Below are positions 51,601-63,978 of a DNA stretch of 64,000 bases, one piece after another. Each line of letters opens with the position of its first letter. The stretch's first letter is position 1. The position numbers and the translations under genes were made by a program. The notes under the pieces are model-generated. The model had not been told where the DNA came from and made no database searches. It saw nothing but the letters and a program-made list of their open reading frames with translations. Source of the DNA: Lobosporangium transversale (lineage: Eukaryota); the NCBI RefSeq assembly GCF_002105155.1, contig NW_019029005.1:434001-498000 (forward strand). The letters are read 5' to 3'.

Positions 51601-53370
51601 ACCGACTGCTCCTGCTACTATAGCGCCCTTAGGTTGGGCAGCAACATCCATCAAAATGCCGGATACTGTGGATAAGTGGAAGTGCCCCACCTGTGATGTC
51701 CGCAATGGAAACGATTTAAGTAAATGCCCGTGCTGTGATACTCCAAAGCCTGATGGTGCTGCAGTTTCAACGTCTGCATCCCCTGCAAAAGCTCCTGCCT
51801 CTTCTTTCTTCAGCTTTAAAACGCCGACGTCAGCGCCCCCGCTGTTTGGAGCTACAGCCCTGCCACCTCAACTCCCGCAGTTACGACCACCCCCAGTTTG
51901 TTTGGTGCCCCTGCTACCACTTCCTCAACTGAGACGAAGCCCCCTACGTTTTCTTTAGCGTTCTTACCACCTCTGCACCAGCATCTACCGGCGCTGGGCA
52001 GACTACGTCGGTTAACCCACTAGCGAATCCTTTTGCTGTGAAACCGCCTGCTGTCTCTACCCCATCCTTATTCGGATCCGCATCCGTTCCTGGGATGTCT
52101 TCATCGTCGTCAGAGGTATTGATGAGACTTTCAAATAGACTAAAGTTAATTACGAATGAAAGAGAAATGAAAGGCTTGCTAATTATCCTTCTCTTACTCT
52201 TTATCTCTCGCCTTCAAAAATATGTAGGAACCAAGCAAGCCAACGTTTTCGTTCGCATCTTCCTCAGTGCCTTGTCGCGCTGCAGCAGCAACATCTACTC
52301 CTAGTTCAACTTCTGCTTCGACATCAAGCGCGGCTTCAGTCTCAGCACCTCTTTTTGCGGCTCCAGCTTCAGCTGCGCCATCATCAACGGCAGGATCTCT
52401 ATTTGGAGGCGCAGCCACTATCGCGACTGCAACCACAGCAACAACAACAACTTCATCCATTTTATTTGGCACGCCTTCCAGTGCACCTGCATCTAGTACA
52501 CTGGCCACGAACACCTCAGTGACTCCTTCGCCATTCTCCTTTGGGTCTAGCAAGCCACAAAATATCTCTTTCGGTCAACCAAATACAACTCCAAATTCCC
52601 TCACTACTGCAAGTGCTCCAGCAACTAGTGCACCGACCAGTGCACCTTTATTTTCCTTCGGCGGAGGGACATCCAGCACGCCAGCCGCATCCAGCAATCC
52701 TCCAAGCTTCGCATTTGGTCAACCGGCTACAGCTGCAAACCCCACCACTACTACAAGCGCTCCATCTTCCGCAGTGTCCACTAGTGCATCCACATTTACA
52801 TTTGGGGCAGGAGCTACTGGTGGCTTTGGTTCAGGTCTTGGTTCAGGATTTGCAGGATTCGGCGCCTCCGCTCCCTCAACCACTACACCATCCTTCTCAT
52901 TTGCGGGAGGTGCTGCTAAACCACCAACTTTTCCATTCAGTGGGAGCAGCAATAAAACACCAACAATGGTATGATGTCGCCCACAATGACGAGCTCCAAT
53001 CCTGCAGCGCCTACCAGCACCGCCAGCACATCATTCGGCGGATTTGGCTCCTCTACAGGCACAGGCTTTGGAAGTGCACAATCTACCCCAACATTCGGAG
53101 GCTCATCCTCAACGCCTTCAGTGTCTTTTGGATCAACGCCTGCATTTGGGGGGCCTTCACAACCTGCACCTTTCGGGCAGGCATCATCAGGAGGCGCTTT
53201 TGGGGCTACAGGATCTGGTCAAATGTTCGGTGCGTCAAATACTATGAACAATGGTACCGGTGGTGTATTCAGCAGTGCTAATAGCAGCAATAACAACAGC
53301 TTCATTTCTCTTACAAACTCCGGCGGAGCGGCACCAGCATTTGGGGTGGCTTTGGAATGCAGCAGCCATC

Positions 53371-53419
<49 letters not shown>

Positions 53420-53623
53420 GGCTTTGGTGGGTTTGGGGTCAGCAGTGATGGTCAATTTGGCTTTAAGAACGTATCCAACGCACCAGGCGGTGCACAATAT
53501 GCCCAGCCGGCCCCAAGTACGCTGACAGGGGGTTTTACATTCAACATGGGTGCTGGTCCAGCTCCTGGTGAGATGCCTGCCAATCGCAAAATTGCAAAGA
53601 TGCGTCAGAAGAAGAGACCTTAA
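48633..53623 (+). CDS. NUP1: Nup1/Nup153-like nuclear-basket FG nucleoporin with two RanBP2-type zinc fingers; multi-exon
   Basis: N-terminal RFQPYAR and amphipathic VIVSFVKKSLSWFG. Two zinc fingers: WKCPTCDVWN..LKKCPCC (~51239-51298) and WKCPTCDVRN..LSKCPCC (~51677-51736). Many FSFG/FTFG/FG repeats, and a C-terminal FTFNMG...ANRKIAKMRQKKRP* like the yeast Nup1 tail. Confidence 0.88.
51124..51182 (+). repeat. Compound coding microsatellite (GAGCAG)n(GAGAAG)n encoding EQEQEQEQEKEKEKEKEK
   Basis: Direct reading of tandem hexamers in the nucleoporin ORF. Confidence 0.85.
53371..53415 (+). repeat. (CAGCAA)n coding microsatellite (poly-Gln in the nucleoporin)
   Basis: About 7 tandem CAGCAA units. 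Confidence 0.85.
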
Positions 53624-54110
53624 AAGCGATAGGATAAGACACTATAGAACGATTGTGTCAATCTCCATCATAGACTTTTTTTGCTCCTTGCTTCCTGTAC
53701 CATAATAAAATTCAGAGCTACGTATCGTAGGCCTTAAATTAATTCCACAAACCAGTGCATAAAAATAAAAGAATGCGTATACACTTAGTTTCATAATTTC
53801 ATGTTCGTCATGCAAACATAATAACTGGTTTGAATATGAGACAGATGATCTTCTTTTTTTTTTATTTTTGTCTCTCCTTTAGTTGCACGGACAACTCTCT
53901 CGTTCTTCCCATCCTTTTCTTTTATTCAACAGATCTTTTATGAAGACTCATGAACACATTTACCAATTCAGTAGAAAGAATAAGTTATACACTTACTGCC
54001 ACATTAATAGGGCTGTGGCTGCATCTCTGCGAACACAGCAAATATTTGAATATAGACCTACTCCATCCGAGAACAAAGCAGCCAAAGATACAAGCAATCG
54101 AGTAATCAAC

Positions 54111-56266
54111 ATGCAAGGGCTTCAATCTTCTGCACTTGTACCACCGCAGCCTGCGAAGCCTGTGCAACCCGAGAACGAACAACAGTTGAATGAACCTCAG
54201 CAACGAACACAGGCAATTGAAGCATTAGCATCATCAAAAGCTAACCAATTCACACAACAGACGCAGCAACCACAATCGCAACAACAATATCAACATCATT
54301 ACCCATCGGACCCTCGACAGTTAATGCTTCCTCTCCAGCACCCACAAACCCCAATCTCCTCTGTTGATGAACATACATTTCAGAATTCCGATGTATCCAC
54401 AGAGCATTCGAGCAGATATTTCACTAGAAGCTTATCAACTTCATGGCCGCTAAGCAACAATCATAATCTTCACCAATATCAAAGTCAACGAGAGTACCAG
54501 CGTGGTGTCCCACCTACGTCCACTTCATTGACTTCAGCCTCTGGGCATCTAGCACTTCCTGCAGAGGATACTAATAACAGCAATCGCCCAAGGAGATGGT
54601 CTTTGACCGGACGATTTTTTGGTGATCGCAATCGTCGAAAAGTTTGACGGAGCCTTTTCACATACCTCACCGATGTGATAACCAATCTAGCCACGAAAAG
54701 TATCATGGACATAGTACTGAACAAAATAGTGCAAAGGATCGACGGGCTAGTTCGCCGGTCAATATCCAGAAAAACATAGTGAAGCATCGAAACACACAAA
54801 CAGTTCAGACATCAATGCGCCTTCGGCACTCATGGAGGTGAACGTAGAACCAGTATTACAGAGATCCCCCGGGCACTTCTGTCCTCTTTGCGTCGAGTTT
54901 CCATCAGTGGTTTCGGTGCTGACCCTCCACCATCTAGCAGTTGCTCCGGAAATAATGAGGCCATGGCAGCCGCCACTGCAGCCGTCTCAGCATCCATTGC
55001 TGCAGCACTCGGGACATCTCCTCGAAACAAAAACAATCAATTAGATCAATTGGGTCATTTGGATCCGGAAACGAGACAACGCATCATGAAGAAAGGCAAT
55101 GAAGAGGATCATGAGAGTTCCTCAGAAGAGGAGAGAGCTTGGCCGGGTGATAACTTCTATGTAGTCATGGCGATACCAAAGGAATCGTCACAGGATCCAA
55201 TCTCGCTTGCCAAGAGGTTACCAACCAAAAGTATTCTCAAGAAACGATTAGCAGATGCTGCCAATATTAATGCTCAAAATAACAACGTTGTTGCTCCTGC
55301 CGCCATTGCAAGAGTAGAAGCATCAAATGCACCTGTTGCAGACGTGAATGGAGCTGAGTTGATTCGCCTATTGCGACGAAATCTGAAAGGATGACTAAAT
55401 CTCCCATTCTGGGTTCAGAGGATGTACACCCTATGGCAACAGCTGACATGAGTGCAGAGGAAATCAAGAATCTGAAAATGTCGACAGACCATTATGCTGA
55501 ACTGATAACCCATTCTCCTACGCCTAGTCATCCTCAGCCACAAGAGGAACGGTCAAGAAGTCCGCAGGGAGAACCATTCGCTACAATACCATCCACATCA
55601 TCACATCCTCTTTTTCGCTGTCAACTGATAGAAGTTCACAGAGACAATAGTGGATGATGCTGATCCCCGCAGCTGCCTTAATTATAACGAAGCGGCAATG
55701 GCCATCAAAAATTGATGGGGCCCTATTCATCATCACCGAAAGGCGCAGCGATTCCTCCAGATTCCACTCCGGGAATACAATCAAATTCATCTCACCGAAG
55801 TCGACCAACAGGTGGATGGGTACAGGCGCAGTGATTCCTGAGGGGGAGAACTGTCTCAAGCAGAGATGCTCGACAATGAAATGGTTTCGATCAATCAAGG
55901 CCTCAACTACAGCAATAACTTTGACAATAATTATAGCTACAAGTTGCAACGTAATGGGACGATAGACAGTAATAGTAGCAATAATAGAGGGGAAAACAGC
56001 AGCCAGCAATTTGGTTATGATCAGATACAGGACCAAGGACAAGGACACCAGGGCAAGATAAGCGTCGATCGATTAATTTTATGGACCGAATAGAGATTAT
56101 TCCTGTGTACCGTAAGAATGAATATGATCGACAGAGTGACAAGCATGCAACGTTTTTGGTATTGACACCTGAGCTCAAGAATGAGATCCGTGAAGAACTG
56201 AACACTTATAAGCTACGAGAAATGCCAGTCCATGTGGACAGTATGAATAACACAGCATTCCATTAG
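54111..56266 (+). CDS. PP1-regulatory protein with a Bni4/Phactr-type C-terminal domain; frameshifted, start may be upstream
   Basis: SILK motif KSILKK (~55227-55244). The in-frame KRRSINFMDRIEIIPVYRKNEYDRQSDKHATFLVLTPELKNEIREELNTYKLREMPVH...TAFH* matches the RVxF + YDR + I(R/K)EELNxxK.EMxVH signature. Confidence 0.8.
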
Positions 56267-57214
56267 TTTTTTATTATATATTTATTATTGTTATTGTTAC
56301 TACTATTATTTACATGTTATGAATATTTTTTAACCAGTAAATTTAATGTGACCAATAAAATAAAACGGAATGTTAAACAGCTTCGACCTCCGCGGCATAA
56401 AGGCGGCTGGTGCACAATTCTCCAAAGCTGAACAGGGAGAACATTAAAATTAGAAGCGGTTTTAGCTCAGCCTCACCATCGACATGTTTTTTTTACATAT
56501 TTGTACTGTACAACTTTACTTCGCCAGGATGAACATGTGAACACCTGCGCCTTTTTAGCTTATGTAGATCCTCTTACACAGTTCATCTCATCTTCTGTAG
56601 CATCATGTTCAACCAAAAAAAGGGCAGTGTAAAGATATCTGAAAAGGATGGGCTTACGGAAACACTATCCCGAAGGTCGAGGCCTGTTATCCCCTAGTCC
56701 AAAGGATACGCGAACAATCCATTTTCCTGAACTACCCGCGGAAGAATACCCTCCTTAATTTTCTAGCATCCTACTTTTTTTTTTTTTTTTAAAAAAAAAT
56801 ATTTATACCTACCTTTCTTTTTTGGTCCTGCTCTTCCTTACTTAGCTTATCTCCCTTACTTGAGTTGTCTTTTCCTTTTCCTTTGTGCTTCTTGTCGGCT
56901 TTTACGTGTAACTAGCCGTACTCCCCCTCCTCTACTTAGCTCCTCTTTTTTTATTCTCTTTCTTTGACTCTTGTTTGTGCAGTTGCCTATGGTCTTTATT
57001 CATCCTCCCTACTAGCCTTCACACCCTTTTCCCCCCTTTTTTTTCATATCTTACTATTCGTGACAATCGTACAACTGTACATACCCTAACACTCCATCCT
57101 GCACGCACAGTTACACGACGCAACTGCTGGTTATCTTTTTTTGTCTATTCCTCCTTTTCCCCTCACTTCGAAGTCCTGAAGGCGATATTGACCCTTCTCA
57201 CCGTATCGCCAAAA

Positions 57215-57259
<45 letters not shown>

Positions 57260-57268
57260 CTATTGAAG

Positions 57269-59001
57269 ATGATTATTTCAAGCATCACTGTATCGGCATC
57301 AACTACAAGGACAACTACAGCATGTTTCTTCTCTTACTCTCGCTCCTTTCCTACATCACTAGTCCTGCCGCCGCTCAATATTATACGCCCACTACTACAT
57401 GGGGTAGTGTATCGACCTTTATAGAAGCTCAAAGGTTTATTATCCAAGGCGGTAGCGATGGCACGTACGCAATTCCGCAGACCTTTGAAATCGACCTCTC
57501 TAAATCTTGGGATACTTCCAATGTACCCTACAGACACCTCGCGGATGGCCCTCTGCATATAACCACTATGCGGTACTATTCAACGACAAGCAGAACTGGC
57601 TTATATTTGCAAATACTACCGCAATCCGATACACGATTTCACATGATACCTGGGGTACAAATATCCCAGGCACCTATCTCTGGGGTATAGGGGCTGCTAG
57701 AGATCCAAACACGGGTTATGCGTATGTCCCAAATGGACATTTGTCAAATGGGATCGGCGAAATGGTAGAATACAACCTAGTTAATGGTGAAGGCAAATTA
57801 TTCCCTATGCACCCTAATCTGGATCAAACTTTCTACTACTCTATTGCTTGGAGCGAACAGGCGAGGAAGATGATTTTGTTTGGCGGACGCTTTCAAGGGA
57901 AAACTGCCAACAGTAACCTGTATACCTGGGATAGCCGCGATGGTTGGAGTAGAATTACACCCAACGGTCCTATACCTCTCCACGTTATGGCGCATGCATG
58001 GTCTCAGCCTATGGAGGCGCCAAAATGATTCTCTTTGGAGGATAGAAAACACAGCCCTGAGTGATATATACATCCTGGACATATCGAACATGACATGGAC
58101 GAAGGGTGCAGATGCTGGTACTCCAAGTGCGCGCGGCTATGCTGCTTGTGCAGTATCCAATGATCTATTTATTGCCTGGGGTGGTGGTGGTGGTGTGCAG
58201 ATCCAGTCATACTTCCAACTTGACTGTCATTTACAACATCAAAAAGAATGCCTGGCAGTCTACTTATTCGCCCATACCTGAAACCGACCCTTCTTTTCCC
58301 AGTGGAGGAGGCAGTCCCGCTTTGGGCGCCATCATCGGTGGCGCTGTTGGGGGATTGGCCATTATTGCACTCGTCATTGGATTCTTTGTAACAGAAAACG
58401 GCAACAAGCGAAGAAGGCCAAGGCTCCGGTATCTACATCCACACCTCAACATCCAACCAATGGTGAAATGACTGTGGCCGCAACAGGAGCAGGAGCTGCA
58501 GAGGAAGCCGCATCAGTAGATCCTGGAAAAGTAGCACAGTACGCTACATGGCAGTACCAGCATCCCCAACCCCAATCTCAACCTCAACCTACCGTCTACT
58601 CCCAGGCACCATATGCACTATATCAGCCACCTGTTATTCATGACTACCAGCAGCCGTCGCAGATTCAACCACAAATCTTCCAGCCCCAATCAACACCGAG
58701 TCAACAACATCAACAAGCTTATGAGAACGCATATCAACAGCAAAACACCTATGTCCCTCCTTCTTCAGGCACTGCACCTGTGTACAGCCCTCAACCAGAG
58801 GCGTATCAGCAGCCTACAATCTACCAGCCTGCAGGTGGTCCAGTCACGAATATCTCGCCGTTGTTTGAGCATCACCATCAGCAAAAGTCTGAAACACCCA
58901 CGATAGTACCTAGTCAGTCTCTACACAGTCCCCAGCTCATGGCTGTATCAGACAGTTATGTAGATGGTGGTAGCCCCCGTCGGAGTCCTCAAGGCATGTA
59001 A
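57269..59001 (+). CDS. Kelch-repeat single-pass membrane protein (paralog B; inverted duplicate of 32230-34026); several frameshifts
   Basis: SYITSPAAAQYYTPTTTWGSVSTFIEAQRFIIQGG, DPNTGYAYVPNG, KMILFGG, SDIYILD and CAVSNDLFIAWGG. TM GAIIGGAVGGLAIIALVIGFFV; tail nearly identical to paralog A, ending RRSPQGM*. Confidence 0.85.
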
Positions 59002-59449
59002 CGAAGGCCACGGCAAGGGCCGTCTTTAGGCGGCAGAGGCAAAGAAGCATATATGGTTTTTCTCGTGTATAAAGAATCCTGCAAATCTACTAAATGTCTA
59101 CAATGTCTTTACATAATTATGGCATTAGTAATAACAGTAAATGATAAAAAAAAAAAAAAAAAAAAAAAGGAATGGGATGCCTTTGGGTCTAACCGGATTA
59201 GACCTTTATATAATAAAATATATGTATGCACCAATTCCTCTGCTCCTTCCCTTTTTTATTTGTATCAAAGTTTAGTACTTTCCATTGGATGGATTGTCTC
59301 CTGTCTGGCCACCTTGTTTCCAGTGATGGCAAGTCATTTCTCTTTCTTTTTTTTAGTGTTATATTTTATTATAGCTATTAGAAAAAAGAGAATAAGAGAA
59401 AACAAACAAGTAGCATAGCCGGATGACCTATATGGTTTTTTCCTTTTTT

Positions 59450-60730
59450 TTACATGAGAGCTGCTGGAGTCGTATTCTGGAAGAAAAAGTCGCTACGGCT
59501 CTTTTTAAGCCTCAGAACACGTTTGGTTAGCTCTGCTTCCTGAGCAGCAGCACTGCTGCTGCCGCTGCTAATGTCGTCTACATCTGTATTAGAGTCTCTT
59601 GAGGACATTTTAGCAATGGTGCTGGCAGATGAATCCGCTTTGAGGGCCGATCCAAATCCGTCACTGGAAGAAACAGCGGTGGAGACAGAGGTCATGGACG
59701 AGATAGTATGCGTGGACGCTTTCGCACTCAGCAGTGTCGCCGACAAACCCTGGAGCTCTTCAAGCGTAGCACTTGAGTATACATCCAAGTAACAGCCAGC
59801 ACCTCTGCGTTCTTGCTCTTCTACTATCATAGTAGACGTATAGAAGCTTGAGCGAGCCTCGAGGCGGTCAGCCTCGCGAACGCTGAGGGGCTTAAGCGTC
59901 CACTTCCTATAACCGGCCCGACAGGCGCTTTGAGATGAAGGTTGCTAGCGAGTGAGGGGGCCGATGATGTACGAATGCCGCTAAGAGCGCTTGTGGGCCC
60001 AAGGCTGCTCATCAATCCATCGCTGGCGCTGCTGCTCCTACTGCTATTTGAACTGATGCTTGTGGATGAAATGCAACTGGCCTGGCTGTTATTCCTGAGC
60101 ATTGGTGTCACCATACCCCCCATGCCTCTCCGGTTCATGCTAAGGGACCATTGGCCATAACGCTGGTTATACTGCTGCTCGCTGACATCCCTTAGGCGGA
60201 AGTAATAAGCCGCATACAGGGACCGCTTTACCGAAACATTATACTGGAGTTTAGCCATCGCGAACCGCTCCAACGCATTAACGTCCTTAACAGAAAGGCC
60301 CTCAAAGATGGCGCAAACATCCGAGTTGAAGACTGCAAGGTCCTCCCAAACTTTAATAGAAAGGATCAAGGCTCCTAACAGCAAGCGACGCCAATTGATC
60401 GCATGGAAGGACAAGTTTCCCAACTCTGTCATACGTTCAACATAAATTAACGTGATAATGGCGTTCTCCGCACCGAGGTTCTATCAGAGTTAGTAAAAAG
60501 AAGAAAAAAAAATTAGGAAACATTTATAGATATTTGATTTAACCATGCTTTATATATATATATACCTGGCTGCAGTCAAAGATAAACCTCATAAAGTCGA
60601 ATATATCTGCTTGAGTCATGGTAACCTTTTCAGATGGCACATAGGAAGACGAATTGATAATTCTTTCAGTTCTGCAGTCATTGGTCCTATGGGAATGGAG
60701 TACTTTCTCGTAAAGTACAGTGGTAACCCT

Positions 60731-60774
<44 letters not shown>

Positions 60775-63486
60775 AGAAAATGTTAGGAGTGCTGAAATGC
60801 TAAGAAGAGGTAGCTCGCAAAATTAAGTAAATAAAAAATCCTTACGCCCGCAGAGTTTATCCACATCGCTCTTGGTCATTGTACTGTCGATATATAAGCT
60901 TGAAGTTGAATTACATTTCGTTAACGAAAAGTGAGAAGCCAAGGTCCGGCCCTCAAGCGCGCTCAAAGCCCCAGGCGCAATACCAGTCATAACACTTGTT
61001 GTGGTTTGGAGCGTTAAAGGAGGTTGGTCTGCCACAGTTGTAGCAGTCTCAGTACTTGAATATTTCTTTTTCTTATCATACTTCTTTTCGGCAACAGCCG
61101 TAGCAGATACGCCATGTTGTTTTGCAGGCTCCGTAGACTCGACACCAGATGCGAGTCTATCAGCCTGGTGTTGCTGCTGGGAAGATAATGGTGACGACAA
61201 ACACTTTTGCGATTGTTTGTAACAGGTAGACTGTGACGGCAAACCTTGCTCTTCTTTGACCCAGAGCCTTCCTTTGCCAGTATGCCCTCATTCGATTCAG
61301 ACCTTGAACCCAGACTTGAATTTAAAAGGGTTGATGACGATGACACCATAGAAACAGAAGGCTTTATTGGATCGCCCATAGTACTCGACATGCCGCCCAA
61401 GAAGTCTTCCGCGCCACTATTCTCGTATTCAGAAACCAAGTAGGTCAAAGAGTCTTCAGAACCGATATCTTTTCCTTTACTGTTACCTAGGCTATCACAG
61501 CCAAGGGCCAGACTGAAGTCAGACTCCGAACTGCAAATAATGTCTACAATTCGCCTGTCACCGAAGTGAGCCTTTTGAAGATTCAGGAGCTTTTGCTGGC
61601 GTTGAGACATGGGGTAAAGTTTTTGTGTAGCCTTTTCTGATGGCGAATTGCTATTATGATGCTGGCGTTGGCTGGCCTTATCGTGATGCTCCTCGTCACT
61701 GCTATCCTCTATGCTATCCTCTATGCTATCCTCTATGCTATCCTCTATGCTTTGTCGACGAAGCTTGGTTAACTTGGTTCGATGCCCAGTCCTTGATTTA
61801 TTGCCATGATCACACCTGATATAGCTGATAATACTTTCGCTACAATTTTCAGTTTTGGTTTGCCAATGAGGGTCCTGTGTAAGTCCATAGGGCCTATCCC
61901 TTCCTCAGCCTTTCCCCTCACCCCAGTCTTCCTAATCTTCTGACGAGACTTCTTTGCATTATTTGCATTATTAGTGATAATTTCATGCCTCTCTAATGCC
62001 TTACTAATTTGAGCGTCTCCCATAGAGCTCCTCTGGGCTGGCGATCCCCACCAACCTGCGTCATTTGCATCTATCGTACTTGGATCATGTCCGCAAGCGG
62101 ATTCTGCTCGAGAGAAAGCAGCAAATTCGATGAAGACTCCTTCAGACCGATCGGCGAGTCGGCTTAGGCTTGTAGAAGAGACAATAACAGAGCTCCACTC
62201 ACGGAGCAACTCCTTGACAACGACGACGTGGAAGAGGAGCTGGTGATAGTACTATGGCAATAGCTATCAGTATCAGGTATTTCCTCCTTCTTGGCCTTGT
62301 TTAAACGTGGCAGAAATTGCAATTGGCCTTTTTTGTTCTCAAGTTGACAAGTGATAGGAAAAAAATGACCTTTGCCTTTCTCATCATTTGAACCTTCATT
62401 TGTGCTACTCTCATCACCGTCTTCATAAGAAGATCCACTGCTCCCAGTGCTATTGCAGCCTGGCCTCTCCTCTTGCCTTCCTCGCCCTCTTTCCATGGCA
62501 AGAAATTACGCCAGTCGTCTGCAACTCTGCGAATTGCCGAAAGTATGCAGAGCCTGGAGAACACTCGCGTAAATTTCTACGAACAATTCTTAACTGTTCT
62601 TTCGCAACTTGCTTTTCTTCTTCCGTATAAAGATTGTCTACAACAGCTGCAATAGTAGTGGTAGTGTTGGCAGGCCGTATAGACGTCCCTGTAGCTTTTT
62701 TGCGTCCAGGAATACTTCGCTTTTTTTTTGTCTTTTTCGGCTTGCAGTTGCTGCTATAGAATAATGGTCACAGCTTTGGTTTATTGCCGGCCACGGAGCC
62801 GATAACCTCGGGGTCCTTGTTGCTGTAGTTTTCTCCTGACTATATTGGCGTTCTGTTGGGATTTTGCATAGGTCTTTCCCTTCTTACTGTTACTACAAAC
62901 GCCGTCGACACTACTCGTACTGGCGGTGCTTCCAGAGCGGCGACGTTGATACTGGTGCACTGCCTGTCGAATGCTATAGAGTGGTGAGCGTGTAGGACTA
63001 TTCAATGGACGGGTCGGAAGGTAATGTTTGTAGTGGCCAACATGGTTTCCGTCAAAACCTGATATCATGCATGGAGGCCCTTCTTGAAGAGGTAGAGATA
63101 GTAGTCGTAGAAGTAGAGACCGCACCTAGCGGTGGTGGAGGGCAGTAAGGTGCGTACGAGGATTACATGAGCCTTGTCTATAACGGTGGTAATATATGTG
63201 TGTCTTACGGCCTGTTGGGTTTAAGAAAGCGAGGACTATAAACGTAAAAAAAAAAGAAAAAAAAAAAGAAATAGGGAAAAAATCAGCATGCAAATTACAT
63301 TCTACGTGTCTTTACTTTTCGTATTTTTTTTACCAGTAGATTTTCGTGCCTTTAGATGTTGCTTTTAGTAAGCTTATTGAGCTTCCAACAAATTTGCTGT
63401 CCTAGTGTTGTTCTTGGATGAGATAGACTGTTGCTGGTGTCTCTCGTTGCTTTTGTGGAAGCTGGGATGCTCTGGTACTTGAGCAT
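59450..63486 (-). CDS. CCNY: Cyclin Y-like protein with a very long disordered N-terminal extension; 5' end uncertain
   Basis: KCNSTSSLYIDSTM (~60880-60920), |LGAENAIITLIYVERM...INWRRLLLGALILSIKVWEDLAVFNSDVC..F....VKDVNALERF.M..LQYNVSVKRSLYAAYYFRLR and PLSVREADRLEA (~59850-59895). These match the cyclin Y box (NWKRIVLGAILLASKVWDD; YAKYYFDLR, recalled). Introns ~60481-60566 and near 60720-60846. Confidence 0.85.
61701..61751. repeat. 12-bp tandem repeat (GCTATCCTCTAT) x~4, encoding SIED repeats in the cyclin Y N-terminus
   Basis: Direct reading of four tandem units. Confidence 0.85.
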
Positions 63487-63943
63487 TGAAGAAGAATAGA
63501 TGTTACGGTATGTTTGCGTGTAAATTAAGTGATAGAAACAAAGGGCAGTAAAAGAACAAGAAGTGTAAGCTAGCGCTAGTGTATGGATAGACTATGGAAG
63601 ATATTCAGCTGCCTGATGTTTGAAGCAAACAGGGAGTATGGTGAAAGCGCTTGTGTACAGTAGAATGAAAAGGGTTTATAGGCAAGTGAGTGAATGAAAA
63701 CGAGAAAGCAGCAAAGCAGAAAAATAAGTAATTCATAAAAGAGAAACGATTGGGAACTGTTTTTCTTCTTTACTAGAATCAAATGACAAACGAAGGGATA
63801 ATATGAAAATAAAGTGAGATAGGCACACCAATGGTAATGAATGCGTTTTGAGCCTTTTCTTTTCGCTGTTGAGATGGCATCGATGCCAGCTGAACCTGGA
63901 AGGGGACCGGTGGAAACAGAATCGACCAGCGAGAGCAGGGCTG

Positions 63944-63978
<35 letters not shown>

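Noticed and set aside
50947..51705. 252-aa antisense ORF within the nucleoporin (similarly 10116-10517, 52194-52553)
   Set aside because: Shadow of a low-complexity coding strand; no independent evidence.
39228..53623. TPX2 and a Ran-binding nucleoporin within ~5.5 kb as a functional Ran-pathway cluster
   Set aside because: Unrelated genes intervene and there is no synteny evidence; proximity is likely chance.
56456..56530. GCGGTTTTAGCTCAG resembles a tRNA 5' end/A-box
   Set aside because: No D-arm completion, anticodon arm, GTTCRA T-loop or complementary acceptor stem follows.
61701..61751. Short tandem repeats considered as a CRISPR-like array
   Set aside because: Head-to-tail repeats with no spacers, inside a eukaryotic coding region.
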